DNA of 64,000 bases from a virus, in the IMG/VR virus record IMGVR_UViG_3300050139_000095, positions 1 to 64,000 of that record. One strand, given 5' to 3'. This document shows positions 1 to 9,129 of the stretch, piece by piece (the first letter of the stretch is position 1; each line of letters begins with the position of its first letter). The notes under the pieces are model-generated. The model was not told the DNA's origin. It worked only from the letters and a program-made list of their open reading frames with translations, and did no database searches. Position numbers and translations under genes: made by a program.

Positions 1-672
1 AACAAGCACTTGGCTCCGTGTGAGCCGGGCAAGCTTATGATCGACTACCCGCTTGAGTTGATGCGCAAGATCGGTCTCGACGAAGTGATCGTCGTCACTG
101 GATCGAACCATGCGAGTCAGATCGTTGACTATGTTGCCGATGGCGAGCGTTACGGATTCAAAAAAGTTGAGTACGCATTCCAGGCTAAACCTGCGGGGAT
201 CGCCGACGTGCTGAAACGGATCAACGACAAGGAACAAGACTCGGATATTTTGCTGATACTTGGCGACAATTATTTTTCAGAGCGCATCGAGATCCCCCAC
301 CACTACGCCAACAACGGAATGGCCATAGCGTGGGAATACGACATCGGCGATGCAAACAAAGCCAGGGCCTTCGGGCAAGCTATTCGCGGAGTCAATGACG
401 CAGTGGTTAGTATTGAGGAAAAGCCTTCGATACCAGTCAGTTCAAAAATTTTAACTGGACTCTATTATTTTCCAGCGGATGTTTTTGAAAAGGTCGAGCG
501 CCTTAGCCCGAGCAAACGAAATGAACTTGAGATCACACATCTGTTGAGAATGTACCTGGCGGAAGATCGATTGGTAGTTCGCGACGTTCATGGACAATGG
601 GCCGATCTAGGGGAATGGGATTCACTTCAAAAGTTTTGGACAGCAAGGGGAGCCAATGGATCAGCCGGATGA
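1..672 (+). CDS. Sugar-1-phosphate nucleotidyltransferase (RfbA/RmlA-like), 5' end cut by window edge
   Basis: Frame-1 ORF is open to nt 1; the TTG at 10 is only the first start-like codon. NTP_transferase-type sequence (GKLMIDYPLELM, AKPAGIADV, LLILGDNYF, IEEKP). Stop at 670-672. Confidence 0.75.
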   Translation, partial: NKHLAPCEPGKLMIDYPLELMRKIGLDEVIVVTGSNHASQIVDYVADGERYGFKKVEYAFQAKPAGIADVLKRINDKEQDSDILLILGDNYFSERIEIPHHYANNGMAIAWEYDIGDANKARAFGQAIRGVNDAVVSIEEKPSIPVSSKILTGLYYFPADVFEKVERLSPSKRNELEITHLLRMYLAEDRLVVRDVHGQWADLGEWDSLQKFWTARGANGSAG

Positions 673-910
673 AGAGCGAAATAATGAACAGAGACTGGAC
701 AATATACAAAGACCATTCACATTTGATTTAGAGGCGTGGGTGGCTCGTGGGTTTATCAATGCTTGCCGAGCGCGTGGTTTGTTCGTGAGAAATACTTTGA
801 AGGGGATCATGATTGATTTCATAAAATCTTCAAAGACAACGGTTGAAGAGGGAGAAGGCAATGTCAAAGCTGACGTACACAGAGCGAGAAATACAAGACA
901 TCGCGGATAG
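656..910 (+). CDS. Small hypothetical protein, possibly ribbon-helix-helix
   Basis: 84-aa ORF with an AGGGGAG SD just before the ATG. FTFDLEAWVARGFINACRARG resembles an RHH strand-helix. It overlaps both neighbours (17 and 50 nt), so it is uncertain. Confidence 0.4.
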   Translation: MDQPDEERNNEQRLDNIQRPFTFDLEAWVARGFINACRARGLFVRNTLKGIMIDFIKSSKTTVEEGEGNVKADVHRARNTRHRG

Positions 911-1295
911 GGTTGCGGAGAAGATGGAAGCTGACGGTCCAATGAGTGGACCGGAGAGCCGAATGATTCTTCGCACGCCGTGGGGCTTGGTGTTTGAACA
1001 CGGCCAGATTTTCGAGGCCAAGACTGTTAAGGGCGGAGTGAACTATGTTCTCTTCCTCTTTCAACAGCACGGGTTGGCGTATTACGCGCACGGCGATAAA
1101 TCGAAAAAGGTTCCGAAGGAAAAGTTCATCCAGCTTATTGAGTCTGGTGAACTGAATCCCATTGAGCGCAGCAAGGCAGATCCGGAGCGCATTGCTCTCG
1201 CGGTGCTGGGCCTTCAGGCGATGGCTCAAGGCTTGAGTTTCAATGACTACATGAAAGTCATTTGGAATGAGGGCGAAGGAAGCCGAGCCGACTGA
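861..1295 (+). CDS. Hypothetical protein (head-proximal module)
   Basis: Track ORF 843-1295. The ATG at 861 is preceded by a GAGGGAGAAGG SD. No family recognised. Confidence 0.6.
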   Translation: MSKLTYTEREIQDIADRVAEKMEADGPMSGPESRMILRTPWGLVFEHGQIFEAKTVKGGVNYVLFLFQQHGLAYYAHGDKSKKVPKEKFIQLIESGELNPIERSKADPERIALAVLGLQAMAQGLSFNDYMKVIWNEGEGSRAD

Positions 1296-2107
1296 TGTTT
1301 GAAATAATCATCAAGCCGAATAAAAAATGGGAAGACGCTACCGAATTTTTCAGCACAGTGATGAAGCGGTACGATTGGTTTCTGTTTGAGTTTGGCCGGT
1401 TGATTACGCGGGAACTTTATAAAAACCTCTTGGGAGAACTGAAGGGCGTCAAAGGTCCGAAGGATTACGCCAAGCGCCTGGTCATGGCTGAGATCCGTGA
1501 TCGCGGCGGCAAGGCATGGTTCGCGGTGGCCGTTCGCGCCGTCAACCTCCATGAGCAAATGAAGGACTCCGACCACTCAATTCTGAAAGTTGTTTCAAGG
1601 TTCCCCGATATGAAGGGCTTTGATCCAGTCAGAGATATTCTCCAGGTCTACGGGCCGTGGACGGTGGATACGATTCCGTTTGTCCCAAGCGACCGCGCAG
1701 CGATAGTCACCATTGAGGCGGCCAAATTTCCGGCAGTTCAAAAGGTGAAAGTAAAAAATAAGGAGAGCATGGCCAAGGTCCAGAAGATTATGGCCGACCA
1801 CGACATCGCCTTTGATTCACGCATTTTTGTGATGCGAAAGCTGAAGGTCGTCGAGGACTTCGAGAAGTGGATCAATGAACTGGAGTTCGGGATCTCGGGC
1901 GCACGGCGACCACACTGGGGACCGGCGATCAAAAAGACGCAGGTGGCTGGACTACGGAAGCTGATGCGCGACAAGAACCTGATGGCGGTCCTGACCGATC
2001 CGATGTTCAAGCAATATCGCGTTAAGCACCATCTGAAGCAAAAAATGAACGATCAAGAAGTCAAGGATCTGGAGAAGTTCCGCAAAAGGCTTTTGAAGTC
2101 TATATGA
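1295..2107 (+). CDS. HK97 gp10-like head-tail/tail-completion protein (tentative)
   Basis: TGATG overlap with the upstream gene. LEFGISGARRPHWGPA resembles the EFGT...P(F/H)..PA signature of gp10-type proteins. Lies shortly upstream of the sheath gene. Confidence 0.5.
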   Translation: MFEIIIKPNKKWEDATEFFSTVMKRYDWFLFEFGRLITRELYKNLLGELKGVKGPKDYAKRLVMAEIRDRGGKAWFAVAVRAVNLHEQMKDSDHSILKVVSRFPDMKGFDPVRDILQVYGPWTVDTIPFVPSDRAAIVTIEAAKFPAVQKVKVKNKESMAKVQKIMADHDIAFDSRIFVMRKLKVVEDFEKWINELEFGISGARRPHWGPAIKKTQVAGLRKLMRDKNLMAVLTDPMFKQYRVKHHLKQKMNDQEVKDLEKFRKRLLKSI

Positions 2108-2127
2108 GAAACGGATAGCATCAATTT

Positions 2128-2412
2128 ATGGAAACAGACGAAAAACCTGAAGAACAGATGGATTGCATCGACACTGCGCTCAACGCGGTGATCGAAGATT
2201 GCCTCACCGACGTTGAGTCCGAAGAGGACTTTAATACTGCGGCAGATATTCTGATGGATGTTTTCGCTCACCTTGTTGACGAAGAAGAAGTCGAAGATCC
2301 CCCTGAAGACGACGCCACGGAAGAGTCGAAACAGGAATGGATCACCAAAAATATGCCCAAGGTCAAGGAAGCGATGAAAGAGGCATTGGATGTCAATTCC
2401 GATATGGAATAA
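2128..2412 (+). CDS. Highly acidic small protein
   Basis: 94 aa; 33 residues are Asp/Glu, with 6 Lys and no Arg. No family recognised. Confidence 0.6.
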   Translation: METDEKPEEQMDCIDTALNAVIEDCLTDVESEEDFNTAADILMDVFAHLVDEEEVEDPPEDDATEESKQEWITKNMPKVKEAMKEALDVNSDME

Positions 2413-3076
2413 TCCGACCGGCGAAGTTTTCCTAAGAAACTTCGATCAGGGCGTCGTTGACTCGCTTGGTGCCTTGCCTGACGCAAGTGTTCCTGAAGAT
2501 CCGTGCTTCGCTCTTTATATTCCGGGCGTCTCTGATCCGACGAACCGTGTGACCGTTTACATGAACGCGCCCGAGTCGATTTTTAAGTTCAAACGCTTTC
2601 CTCTTATCTCGATCACCCGCCAAGATCCAACGCTCGCGCTCCAAAGATGGATGGGAGTAGGCCAGCTTGAGTCTAGGTTTGGTGTGTCGGGAACCGGGAT
2701 CGTTATCGGTGGCGTGTCAGGATTTACGCAATATATGAGTAAGCCACAGGCAACGCCATATGATTTCACCTACGATATTCTTTGCATGGACAGATACGAA
2801 ACGACGGTGCAACCTATTTTACGTCAGGTGTTGAAAACCTTCCCGCAGATAGGTAAGCTTTTTGTTAAAGACTCTCTTGGACTGCAACGGACTTACGAGG
2901 CAAGATCAGAGGGTAGTCTTGTTCCGGTGAAAGAAAATGTTGATCCGGTAAACAGAATTGTGAGCTATACTGTCACAGTGCGAGTGGATGGAGAGATGGA
3001 TCTGACATCGGCAGTTACAAGAACCGCCGTCACTGGATTCGACCTGACGACAAGGCCGCTGAAGAAGACTCGGTAA
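2390..3076 (+). CDS. Virion morphogenesis protein, neck/tail-terminator position
   Basis: 228-aa ORF, the last gene before the sheath gene, overlapping the acidic ORF by 23 nt. The call is by position only. Confidence 0.55.
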   Translation: MSIPIWNNPTGEVFLRNFDQGVVDSLGALPDASVPEDPCFALYIPGVSDPTNRVTVYMNAPESIFKFKRFPLISITRQDPTLALQRWMGVGQLESRFGVSGTGIVIGGVSGFTQYMSKPQATPYDFTYDILCMDRYETTVQPILRQVLKTFPQIGKLFVKDSLGLQRTYEARSEGSLVPVKENVDPVNRIVSYTVTVRVDGEMDLTSAVTRTAVTGFDLTTRPLKKTR

Positions 3077-3125
3077 AAGAATTATCGAGAGTAGCAAAGA
3101 GACTGAATACGAAGGAGTGTAGGCA

Positions 3126-4934
3126 ATGCCTCAATTTCTATCACCAGATGTTTTTACAGAAGAAGTGCAAGGCAATTCGGGTTCGATCCCACCTGCGGCT
3201 ACTTCAGCATACGCTACTGCGGGTTTCTCGCTGAAGGGACCTGAAGGACAAGCACTTCTGTCCACCAGCTTTTCGCAGTTCGTAACTCAGTTCGGCGGAT
3301 TCTCTACCAAGAGTTTGAACGCTTACTCGGTTGCGGCTTACTTCCTAAACGGTGGTAATCGAAATTGGTTTGTTCGCCAACTCCACACGGATGCGGTTTA
3401 TGCAACCGGCGCTCTCTCAACAAACTTCTTGATCCGGGCAACCGGACGCGGAGTATGGGCAAACGACGCAGAGATCACTCTCTCTGGCGATCCTTCTTTT
3501 TATGATCCTTCGACCGCGACATTTTCCAAGTTCCAACTCACTAATGAACTGATCGATCCTTCAAGTGGCCTTTTGGTTACGAGTGAAGTGTTCGATCAAA
3601 TTGTTCTTGATGATCCGGAAGATCCGAATTTCATCAACACCGTTCTCAATGCCGATTCGGAAGACATCGACATCACGGGCGGAACGGGTGGAATTCCTGC
3701 GGCTCTCCAGCCGACTCCGTTCACTGATATTGGTCTGGCGACTGGTGACGGCACTACGACTTCGTTCACAAGTTCAGCTTTAAGTCCGAACACTCCTATC
3801 GCTCCCGGCCTTCTTGTACTTTCAGTGAGCGGAGTGCAAGTGGCTGTCGATGATGGCAATGGCTTGTTCATCGGCGTGAGTGGTGGACCGAGCGTATCTG
3901 GAACGGTTGATTATACGACTGGCGCAGTGGCGCTGTTCATTTCACCGGCTCCGGCGAACGCAAATCCCATCACGATCAGCGGTTTGACTAAACCTGCCGA
4001 CTCAATCACTGCCACCCTTGAAGGTGGAGTTGACGGCGGCAATGTGACTGCCGCAGACGTTGTGAATGTCGCACTGGAACCGAATCAGGCCGGGATTTAC
4101 GCGCTCGATCTCGTTGACGAAGAGATGACTCTTTCGCTCGGAGATTATGCTGGTGATCCCACGACCGATCTTGCGCTGATCACTTATGCAGAAGGGCGCA
4201 GAGACATCCTCGTTCTGATCTGTCCCCCGCAAGGTGTGAATCCGCAGCAAGCGGTAAACTATCGCCGCAACACGCTGAAGTCGCAGTCGAGCTATGCTGC
4301 GATGTACTATCCTTGGGTTAAGATTCCTGATCCTTTAAACAACAATCGTCCCAAGCTTATGCCACCTGGCGCACACGTCGCAGGTCGCTGCGCCTTCACT
4401 GACATTCAAGAAAATGTCGGCAAGGCACCGGCTGGAATTTTCCGTGGACAACTCCAGTTCATTTCCGGAGTTGAGCGTCTTCTTTCCAAGGGAGATCGCG
4501 ACACCGTGTATCCCGCGCAGATCAATCCGATTCGTTCGGATGCGTCTGTGGGAACGGCGATCTGGGGAAATAAAACTTTGCAAATCATCGGGGACTTCAC
4601 GGATGTCAACATCCGCAGAACCTTCATCAACCTTGAAAAAGAGCAATACCAAGGTCTCCTTGATATTGTTTTCGAGGATGTTGGACCGACGACTTTCGGC
4701 CTGATCACGAATCGGCTGAATTTGTATCTCGAAAATAAATGGCTGTTGGGTATCATCGGAAGCGGAGTGCCAGCGAAAAATCAGGCATTCAAAGTCGTTT
4801 GCGATGAGACAAACAATCCCGAAGCTGTTCAAATTACCAAGCGCATCGTGATTGATGAGTTCATCAAACCGAACTTGGCGGCGGAATTTATTCACCTGCG
4901 GTTGCAACGTGTGTTCGACGCGAGTCAGGTATAA
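3126..4934 (+). CDS. Contractile tail sheath protein
   Basis: 602 aa with an AAGGAG SD. C-terminal sheath-family signatures: AMYYPWVKIPDP, PPGAHVAGRCAFTD, INPIRSD, AIWGNKTL, VNIRRTFINLEKE. Confidence 0.93.
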   Translation: MPQFLSPDVFTEEVQGNSGSIPPAATSAYATAGFSLKGPEGQALLSTSFSQFVTQFGGFSTKSLNAYSVAAYFLNGGNRNWFVRQLHTDAVYATGALSTNFLIRATGRGVWANDAEITLSGDPSFYDPSTATFSKFQLTNELIDPSSGLLVTSEVFDQIVLDDPEDPNFINTVLNADSEDIDITGGTGGIPAALQPTPFTDIGLATGDGTTTSFTSSALSPNTPIAPGLLVLSVSGVQVAVDDGNGLFIGVSGGPSVSGTVDYTTGAVALFISPAPANANPITISGLTKPADSITATLEGGVDGGNVTAADVVNVALEPNQAGIYALDLVDEEMTLSLGDYAGDPTTDLALITYAEGRRDILVLICPPQGVNPQQAVNYRRNTLKSQSSYAAMYYPWVKIPDPLNNNRPKLMPPGAHVAGRCAFTDIQENVGKAPAGIFRGQLQFISGVERLLSKGDRDTVYPAQINPIRSDASVGTAIWGNKTLQIIGDFTDVNIRRTFINLEKEQYQGLLDIVFEDVGPTTFGLITNRLNLYLENKWLLGIIGSGVPAKNQAFKVVCDETNNPEAVQITKRIVIDEFIKPNLAAEFIHLRLQRVFDASQV

Positions 4935-4944
4935 GGAGTAAGAC

Positions 4945-5463
4945 ATGGGCGGAACGGCTAGAAGTCAGTCAACAGATCCATTTTTGCTGAATCGGTTCCA
5001 TGTTACGGACACCGAAGGCTTCCTTAACTTGGCGTCACCGGCTGGCGGGTTTCAGACCTGCACAATGCCGACGATCACCTTGGAAACGCATGAGTACAGC
5101 GAAGGTCTTTGGACCTACCGCCGTAAGTTTCCGGGTACGGCGACATTCGATGACATCACGCTGACAAAAGGCGTTGTGAAGAACGACACAAGTTTCTTCA
5201 AATGGGTTCTTGGCGGTGCCGAGAATCATCCTTATCGCAGCAATATCATCATCAAGCATTATCATCGTGACGACGTTGAGGGGCTTTTAGATTACACCAA
5301 GGCCGTTCCGTATCGCCAGATCATTTGCTACAACGCTTTGCCGATCAACACGAAGTTGGGATCTGACTTTGATGCAATGGCATCAGACATCTCGATTGAA
5401 GAAATGGGAATTTCATTCGAGTATTTCCGTCTGATCATCAACGGAGTTGAGGTCACTCCGTAA
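4945..5463 (+). CDS. Tail tube protein (gp19/eCIS-type)
   Basis: 172 aa immediately after the sheath gene. LNRFHVTD...GFQTCTMPTITLETHEYSEG...FPGTATFDDITLTKGV...FFKWV matches the conserved tube pattern. Confidence 0.85.
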   Translation: MGGTARSQSTDPFLLNRFHVTDTEGFLNLASPAGGFQTCTMPTITLETHEYSEGLWTYRRKFPGTATFDDITLTKGVVKNDTSFFKWVLGGAENHPYRSNIIIKHYHRDDVEGLLDYTKAVPYRQIICYNALPINTKLGSDFDAMASDISIEEMGISFEYFRLIINGVEVTP

Positions 5464-5476
5464 AGGCAAGGTAGTC

Positions 5477-6037
5477 ATGTCGGTATCAGCATTTTTACCA
5501 AGGACATCACGATTCAGTGATGTCCTGATGAACTACCACTTTCACCTTCTTGACGTTTCAATTTCGACGCCAATCACTTTGAGCCTTGCTTATGGCTTTC
5601 AGCATTGCACGGCTCCTAACATCACGGTGAAAACCAAAGACATCAAAGAGGGAACCTTCGAGTACCCTCATCATGTGATGGAATCGGCCACGACCGACGA
5701 GATCAATATGATCAGTGGCGCGAAATTCGGTGACTCAGATTTTTATGATTGGATCACCGGCTACGTGCGCGGCGAACCTTATCGGCGCAGAAATCTTCTA
5801 TTGATTCAGTATAGCGAAGTTGGGATTGCGAACCTTGGTGCCCCTACTGGCAGCGCCATTCAGCCGCTCTTTGACTTGGTGGCAAGGGTTCCAGCGCGGT
5901 CGTGGTTGCTTCATTCCTGCATTCCTACAGGCTATAAATCGTCCACGGATGATTTCGATGCCCTCTCTCACGGCGTTTCTTTGCAGTCGCTCACGATCCA
6001 GTGTAAATTTCCAGAGGAGTTCAACTCGGGAGTTTAG
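5477..6037 (+). CDS. Second tail tube paralogue
   Basis: ATG at 5477 lies after the upstream stop at 5463 (the track start 5447 is a TTG inside the upstream gene). NYHFHLLDVS...GFQHCTAPNITVKTKDIKEGTFEYP...FYDWI parallels the first tube protein. Confidence 0.75.
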   Translation: MSVSAFLPRTSRFSDVLMNYHFHLLDVSISTPITLSLAYGFQHCTAPNITVKTKDIKEGTFEYPHHVMESATTDEINMISGAKFGDSDFYDWITGYVRGEPYRRRNLLLIQYSEVGIANLGAPTGSAIQPLFDLVARVPARSWLLHSCIPTGYKSSTDDFDALSHGVSLQSLTIQCKFPEEFNSGV

Positions 6038-6499
6038 ATGGTAACGTACAATCACATTCTTTCTGATACTCCTGGTGATGTTAGAAAGCGTTCAAGGAAG
6101 ACCACTGTCTCCATTACTGGAGCGCAGATCGTTAAACGCGACGATAAAAAGGGCGTGAAGTTCCAGGCTACGGGCCGGGCGCACACCGAAAAGGTTTACT
6201 ACAATGTCGAGATCGAACTTTACCCGGATCAGATAGCAAACAAGCCAACCGACAAGCCGGGAGTGATGCGCGTCGAGCATCCGAACGACAACATGGAATG
6301 CTTTGTCCACTGCACCTGTCCGTTCTTCACGTTTCATTGCGAGTGGGTTCTTTGGAAGAACGGATCTTCTGATCGCCGTCAGGCCGACGATAAACCGCCG
6401 TACATCACAAATCCTGACATGAAGGTTGGAGTGTGTAAGCATTTGTTCAAAGGGATGCCATTGGCCCTGAAGGCATTGAAGAAAATCGCTATTGGTTAA
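6038..6499 (+). CDS. SWIM zinc-finger protein
   Basis: GGGAG SD. CxC...CxH arrangement (HCTCPFFTFHCEW ... GVCKHLF) typical of SWIM domains. Confidence 0.65.
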   Translation: MVTYNHILSDTPGDVRKRSRKTTVSITGAQIVKRDDKKGVKFQATGRAHTEKVYYNVEIELYPDQIANKPTDKPGVMRVEHPNDNMECFVHCTCPFFTFHCEWVLWKNGSSDRRQADDKPPYITNPDMKVGVCKHLFKGMPLALKALKKIAIG

Positions 6500-6524
6500 C
6501 GAAACAATTTTTGTGGAGGTTTGT

Positions 6525-7604
6525 ATGAAGTTTCTATTGCTGGTTCTTAGTTTGCTGTCGGTAGACGTGTACGCTAAAGAGTACATCGTTTTTTATAAAC
6601 CAGGAGTAGTTGGTGCGGCCACAACCAACAAAAGACGCCTAAAACATTTCCCAGCTTCGGTCATTGAGTTGACCGATTCACAATACCGAGTGCTGAAAGC
6701 AAAGGGCGTGCGCCTTGAGCCGAACGGAAAAGTTCACATGCTCGGGCACAAATCTGCGGCTGTGGTTAAAAAACTTGGAGACAAGCCGATCTTGGTTGGC
6801 AACCTGCCGTGGGGAGTAGACGCGGTTCATTCGCGCACTGTAAATCTGAAGAACAATGTGTGGGGAAAAGGAAAGCACATTTGCTTGGTGGATACCGGCG
6901 TTGATTACACGCATCCGGATCTCGCTGGACAAGTGACTGGCGGAAGCAATTTCGTTTCGTCTCCAGTCGATAAAACCAAGCAAGTTTATTTCGATGACAA
7001 CGGCCATGGAACTCATGTGGCAGGAACCATGGTTGGCCTTGGGATTCCCGGTGGCGTGATCGGCGTGGCACCGAAGTCTAAGGTTTACGCGGTCAAGGTC
7101 CTCGACAAAGACGGAAACGGAGATTATGCAGCGGTGGCCGATGGCTTGATCGATTGCATTGCGCACGCGAAGGTAGTGAACATGAGCCTTGGCGGCGCTG
7201 AAGATTCTGGGATTATGCACGATGCTGTGAATAAAGTTTTGAAGAGCGGCCTGATTATTGTCGCGGCGGCGGGTAACGATGGAAATAAAAACATCGAATA
7301 TCCAGCGGCATACGCAGGAGTTCACGCGGTGAGCGCGATGGACATCAATCAAAAGTTCGCGACCTTCAGTGATTTTGGACCAAAGATTTCTTTCGTGGCT
7401 CCTGGAGTGGCGATCACTTCGACCGTCCCTGGTGGCGGGTACGAGTCATGGGAAGGCACCAGCATGGCTTCGCCGCACATGTCGGGAGTGGTGGCATTGA
7501 TGCTGTCGGCAAATGGCAAGAAGGCGTTCGGAACGAAGGTCCCGACGTTGACTGGCGATCAACAAGGGCGTGGCCTTATCGACGCGGTTCTGACTGTAAA
7601 ATAA
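6525..7604 (+). CDS. Secreted subtilisin-like (S8) serine protease
   Basis: GGAGG SD before the ATG at 6525. Signal peptide MKFLLLVLSLLSVDVYA|KE. Catalytic triad motifs VDTGVDYTHPDL, HGTHVAGT, GTSMASPHMSG. Confidence 0.9.
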   Translation: MKFLLLVLSLLSVDVYAKEYIVFYKPGVVGAATTNKRRLKHFPASVIELTDSQYRVLKAKGVRLEPNGKVHMLGHKSAAVVKKLGDKPILVGNLPWGVDAVHSRTVNLKNNVWGKGKHICLVDTGVDYTHPDLAGQVTGGSNFVSSPVDKTKQVYFDDNGHGTHVAGTMVGLGIPGGVIGVAPKSKVYAVKVLDKDGNGDYAAVADGLIDCIAHAKVVNMSLGGAEDSGIMHDAVNKVLKSGLIIVAAAGNDGNKNIEYPAAYAGVHAVSAMDINQKFATFSDFGPKISFVAPGVAITSTVPGGGYESWEGTSMASPHMSGVVALMLSANGKKAFGTKVPTLTGDQQGRGLIDAVLTVK

Positions 7605-7606
7605 TC

Positions 7607-7622
7607 CTCCAATTGATTGGAG
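7607..7622. repeat. Copy 1 of 16-bp palindrome family (CTCCAAT-TG-ATTGGAG)
   Basis: Read directly. Lies in the 20-nt gap between the convergent protease gene and the minus-strand gene, and is followed by AATT. Confidence 0.9.
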
Positions 7623-7624
7623 AA

Positions 7625-7939
7625 TTAGAGGGCGGCTTGTACTTCGGAAACGGTGTATTCGTCGCCGGTCAGTTCGACGTGATAACCAAGACCAGACCAA
7701 AACGTGACCAAGCAAGACTTGAAGATGAAATCGACGGCGGCCTTGAACTCGCCGCGCTTTGACAATTCTTGCTCATGATTCCAGGCCAAACGCATGGCCT
7801 CTTGGAAAGAGATCGGTGTCTGTTTTGGCGCTTCCTGGATCTTGTGGAACAAATCACTTTCGTCAGCCCGAGCGACGGAGAGCACAACCTCTTGCCCTTC
7901 AGCATCCAAGCCCACGAAGTCCTTGAAAATAACGTGCAT
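7625..7939 (-). CDS. Hypothetical protein, lone minus-strand gene in tail module
   Basis: Track ORF 7625-7981. An internal ATG (complement of 7937-7939) is preceded by GGAGG at correct spacing. 104 aa, no family recognised. Confidence 0.6.
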   Translation of the reverse strand: MHVIFKDFVGLDAEGQEVVLSVARADESDLFHKIQEAPKQTPISFQEAMRLAWNHEQELSKRGEFKAAVDFIFKSCLVTFWSGLGYHVELTGDEYTVSEVQAAL

Positions 7940-8051
7940 ATAAGTAACCTCCATTGCTATAATTTTATCACGGGGCAGCATTACAACCTGTAAATACTGT
8001 CTGTTTGTATCAACATGGATCGCGACACTGTTTCACTATGGGAGTCTCAAA

Positions 8052-8579
8052 ATGGATGAGAATTTATTGAAGAAAGTAATCGAAGCTGTCTCAAAGATTT
8101 CTCATCTTGATCCGGAGAACCGTGTTGTCGCTACGTCTCAAGCTGATACGACTATCAAGAGCCTCAACCGTGACCGCTGGAAAACGACAGATCCATTCGT
8201 GCAAGATGTGAAGGATGCGATGAAAACTCCAGCATTTGTCCAGGCTGTGCCTGAGAAAATGTTCCGCGATGCAGTCAAAGTTTTTAAGCCGCTTTTGCGC
8301 GGAATTAACGACGGTGAAATCAAGGCTGCCTACACCAAAAAAGAAGATGCACCGGCAGCGCCTGTGGGCACAACCACCACAACGGCAAATGTGGCTCCGT
8401 ATCCGATTCCTATTGGAACCGTTTTGCGCCCTGGTGATCGCAAGAAGAAGAAAAAGCACGAAGAGATGATTGACTGGTCCAGTCAATTTGCTCGGTCATT
8501 TGAGAACTTCAGCGAAGCCAAGACCAAAAATGGCTACGACCTTGCTCTAATTTATGAGGGGCTTAAAGTTTCCAAGTAG
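8052..8579 (+). CDS. Hypothetical protein
   Basis: 175-aa ORF with a GGGAG SD and a Lys-rich run (RKKKKKH). No family recognised. Confidence 0.6.
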   Translation: MDENLLKKVIEAVSKISHLDPENRVVATSQADTTIKSLNRDRWKTTDPFVQDVKDAMKTPAFVQAVPEKMFRDAVKVFKPLLRGINDGEIKAAYTKKEDAPAAPVGTTTTTANVAPYPIPIGTVLRPGDRKKKKKHEEMIDWSSQFARSFENFSEAKTKNGYDLALIYEGLKVSK

Positions 8580-8612
8580 ACAGGCTACGCAAAGCTTGCG
8601 TAACATTGCCCT

Positions 8613-8819
8613 ATGGAAGAAAAAATTGTTAATAATCCTCCAAAGGAAGATTCACCCAGGACACGCATGAATTTGTGGATGTCCAACGGCATGTTCAATT
8701 TCGTTCAAGAAATTGCATCACGCGACGGGCGCACCATGAGTGATGTCGTGCGTGAGGCTGTTCGCGATTACATGGCGAAAGATCGCAAGATTATGGGAGC
8801 GCCTTCAAGTGGAAGTTAA
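8613..8819 (+). CDS. Ribbon-helix-helix (CopG/Arc-like) protein
   Basis: TRMNLWMSNGMFNFVQEIASRDGRTMSDVVREAVRDYM fits the RHH strand-helix-helix pattern. Confidence 0.6.
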   Translation: MEEKIVNNPPKEDSPRTRMNLWMSNGMFNFVQEIASRDGRTMSDVVREAVRDYMAKDRKIMGAPSSGS

Positions 8820-9120
8820 TGTTGAGAAACAGTCATGGTTGCAGTTGACCAATCTGTTGAATTTCAACGACGTGATCTTTTGGGATCAGACGGAATATCC
8901 GGACATTCCGATCTCAGAAGACGATCAATACATCACACTCAATCAGCAACAGTCCAAGCGGATCGATTTGATTGCGTGGGATTTTTACGGTGACGTTAAT
9001 ATGTTTTGGGTGATCATGTTGGCAAACGACGTTGATTTACCCAACCAAATTTACGAGGGCATGGTGTTGAGGCTCCCTGCCCAAGATACGATTGATGATA
9101 TTTTAAAACCGCCAAAATAG
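8809..9120 (+). CDS. LysM-like tail protein (P2 gpX-like)
   Basis: RIDLIAWDFYGDVNMFWVIMLANDVDLPNQIYEGMVLRLP is a LysM/gpX-type motif. The start is uncertain (GTG at 8809 after GGGAG; track ORF opens at 8740). Confidence 0.6.
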   Translation: MEVNVEKQSWLQLTNLLNFNDVIFWDQTEYPDIPISEDDQYITLNQQQSKRIDLIAWDFYGDVNMFWVIMLANDVDLPNQIYEGMVLRLPAQDTIDDILKPPK

Positions 9121-9129
9121 GAGTTGTTT

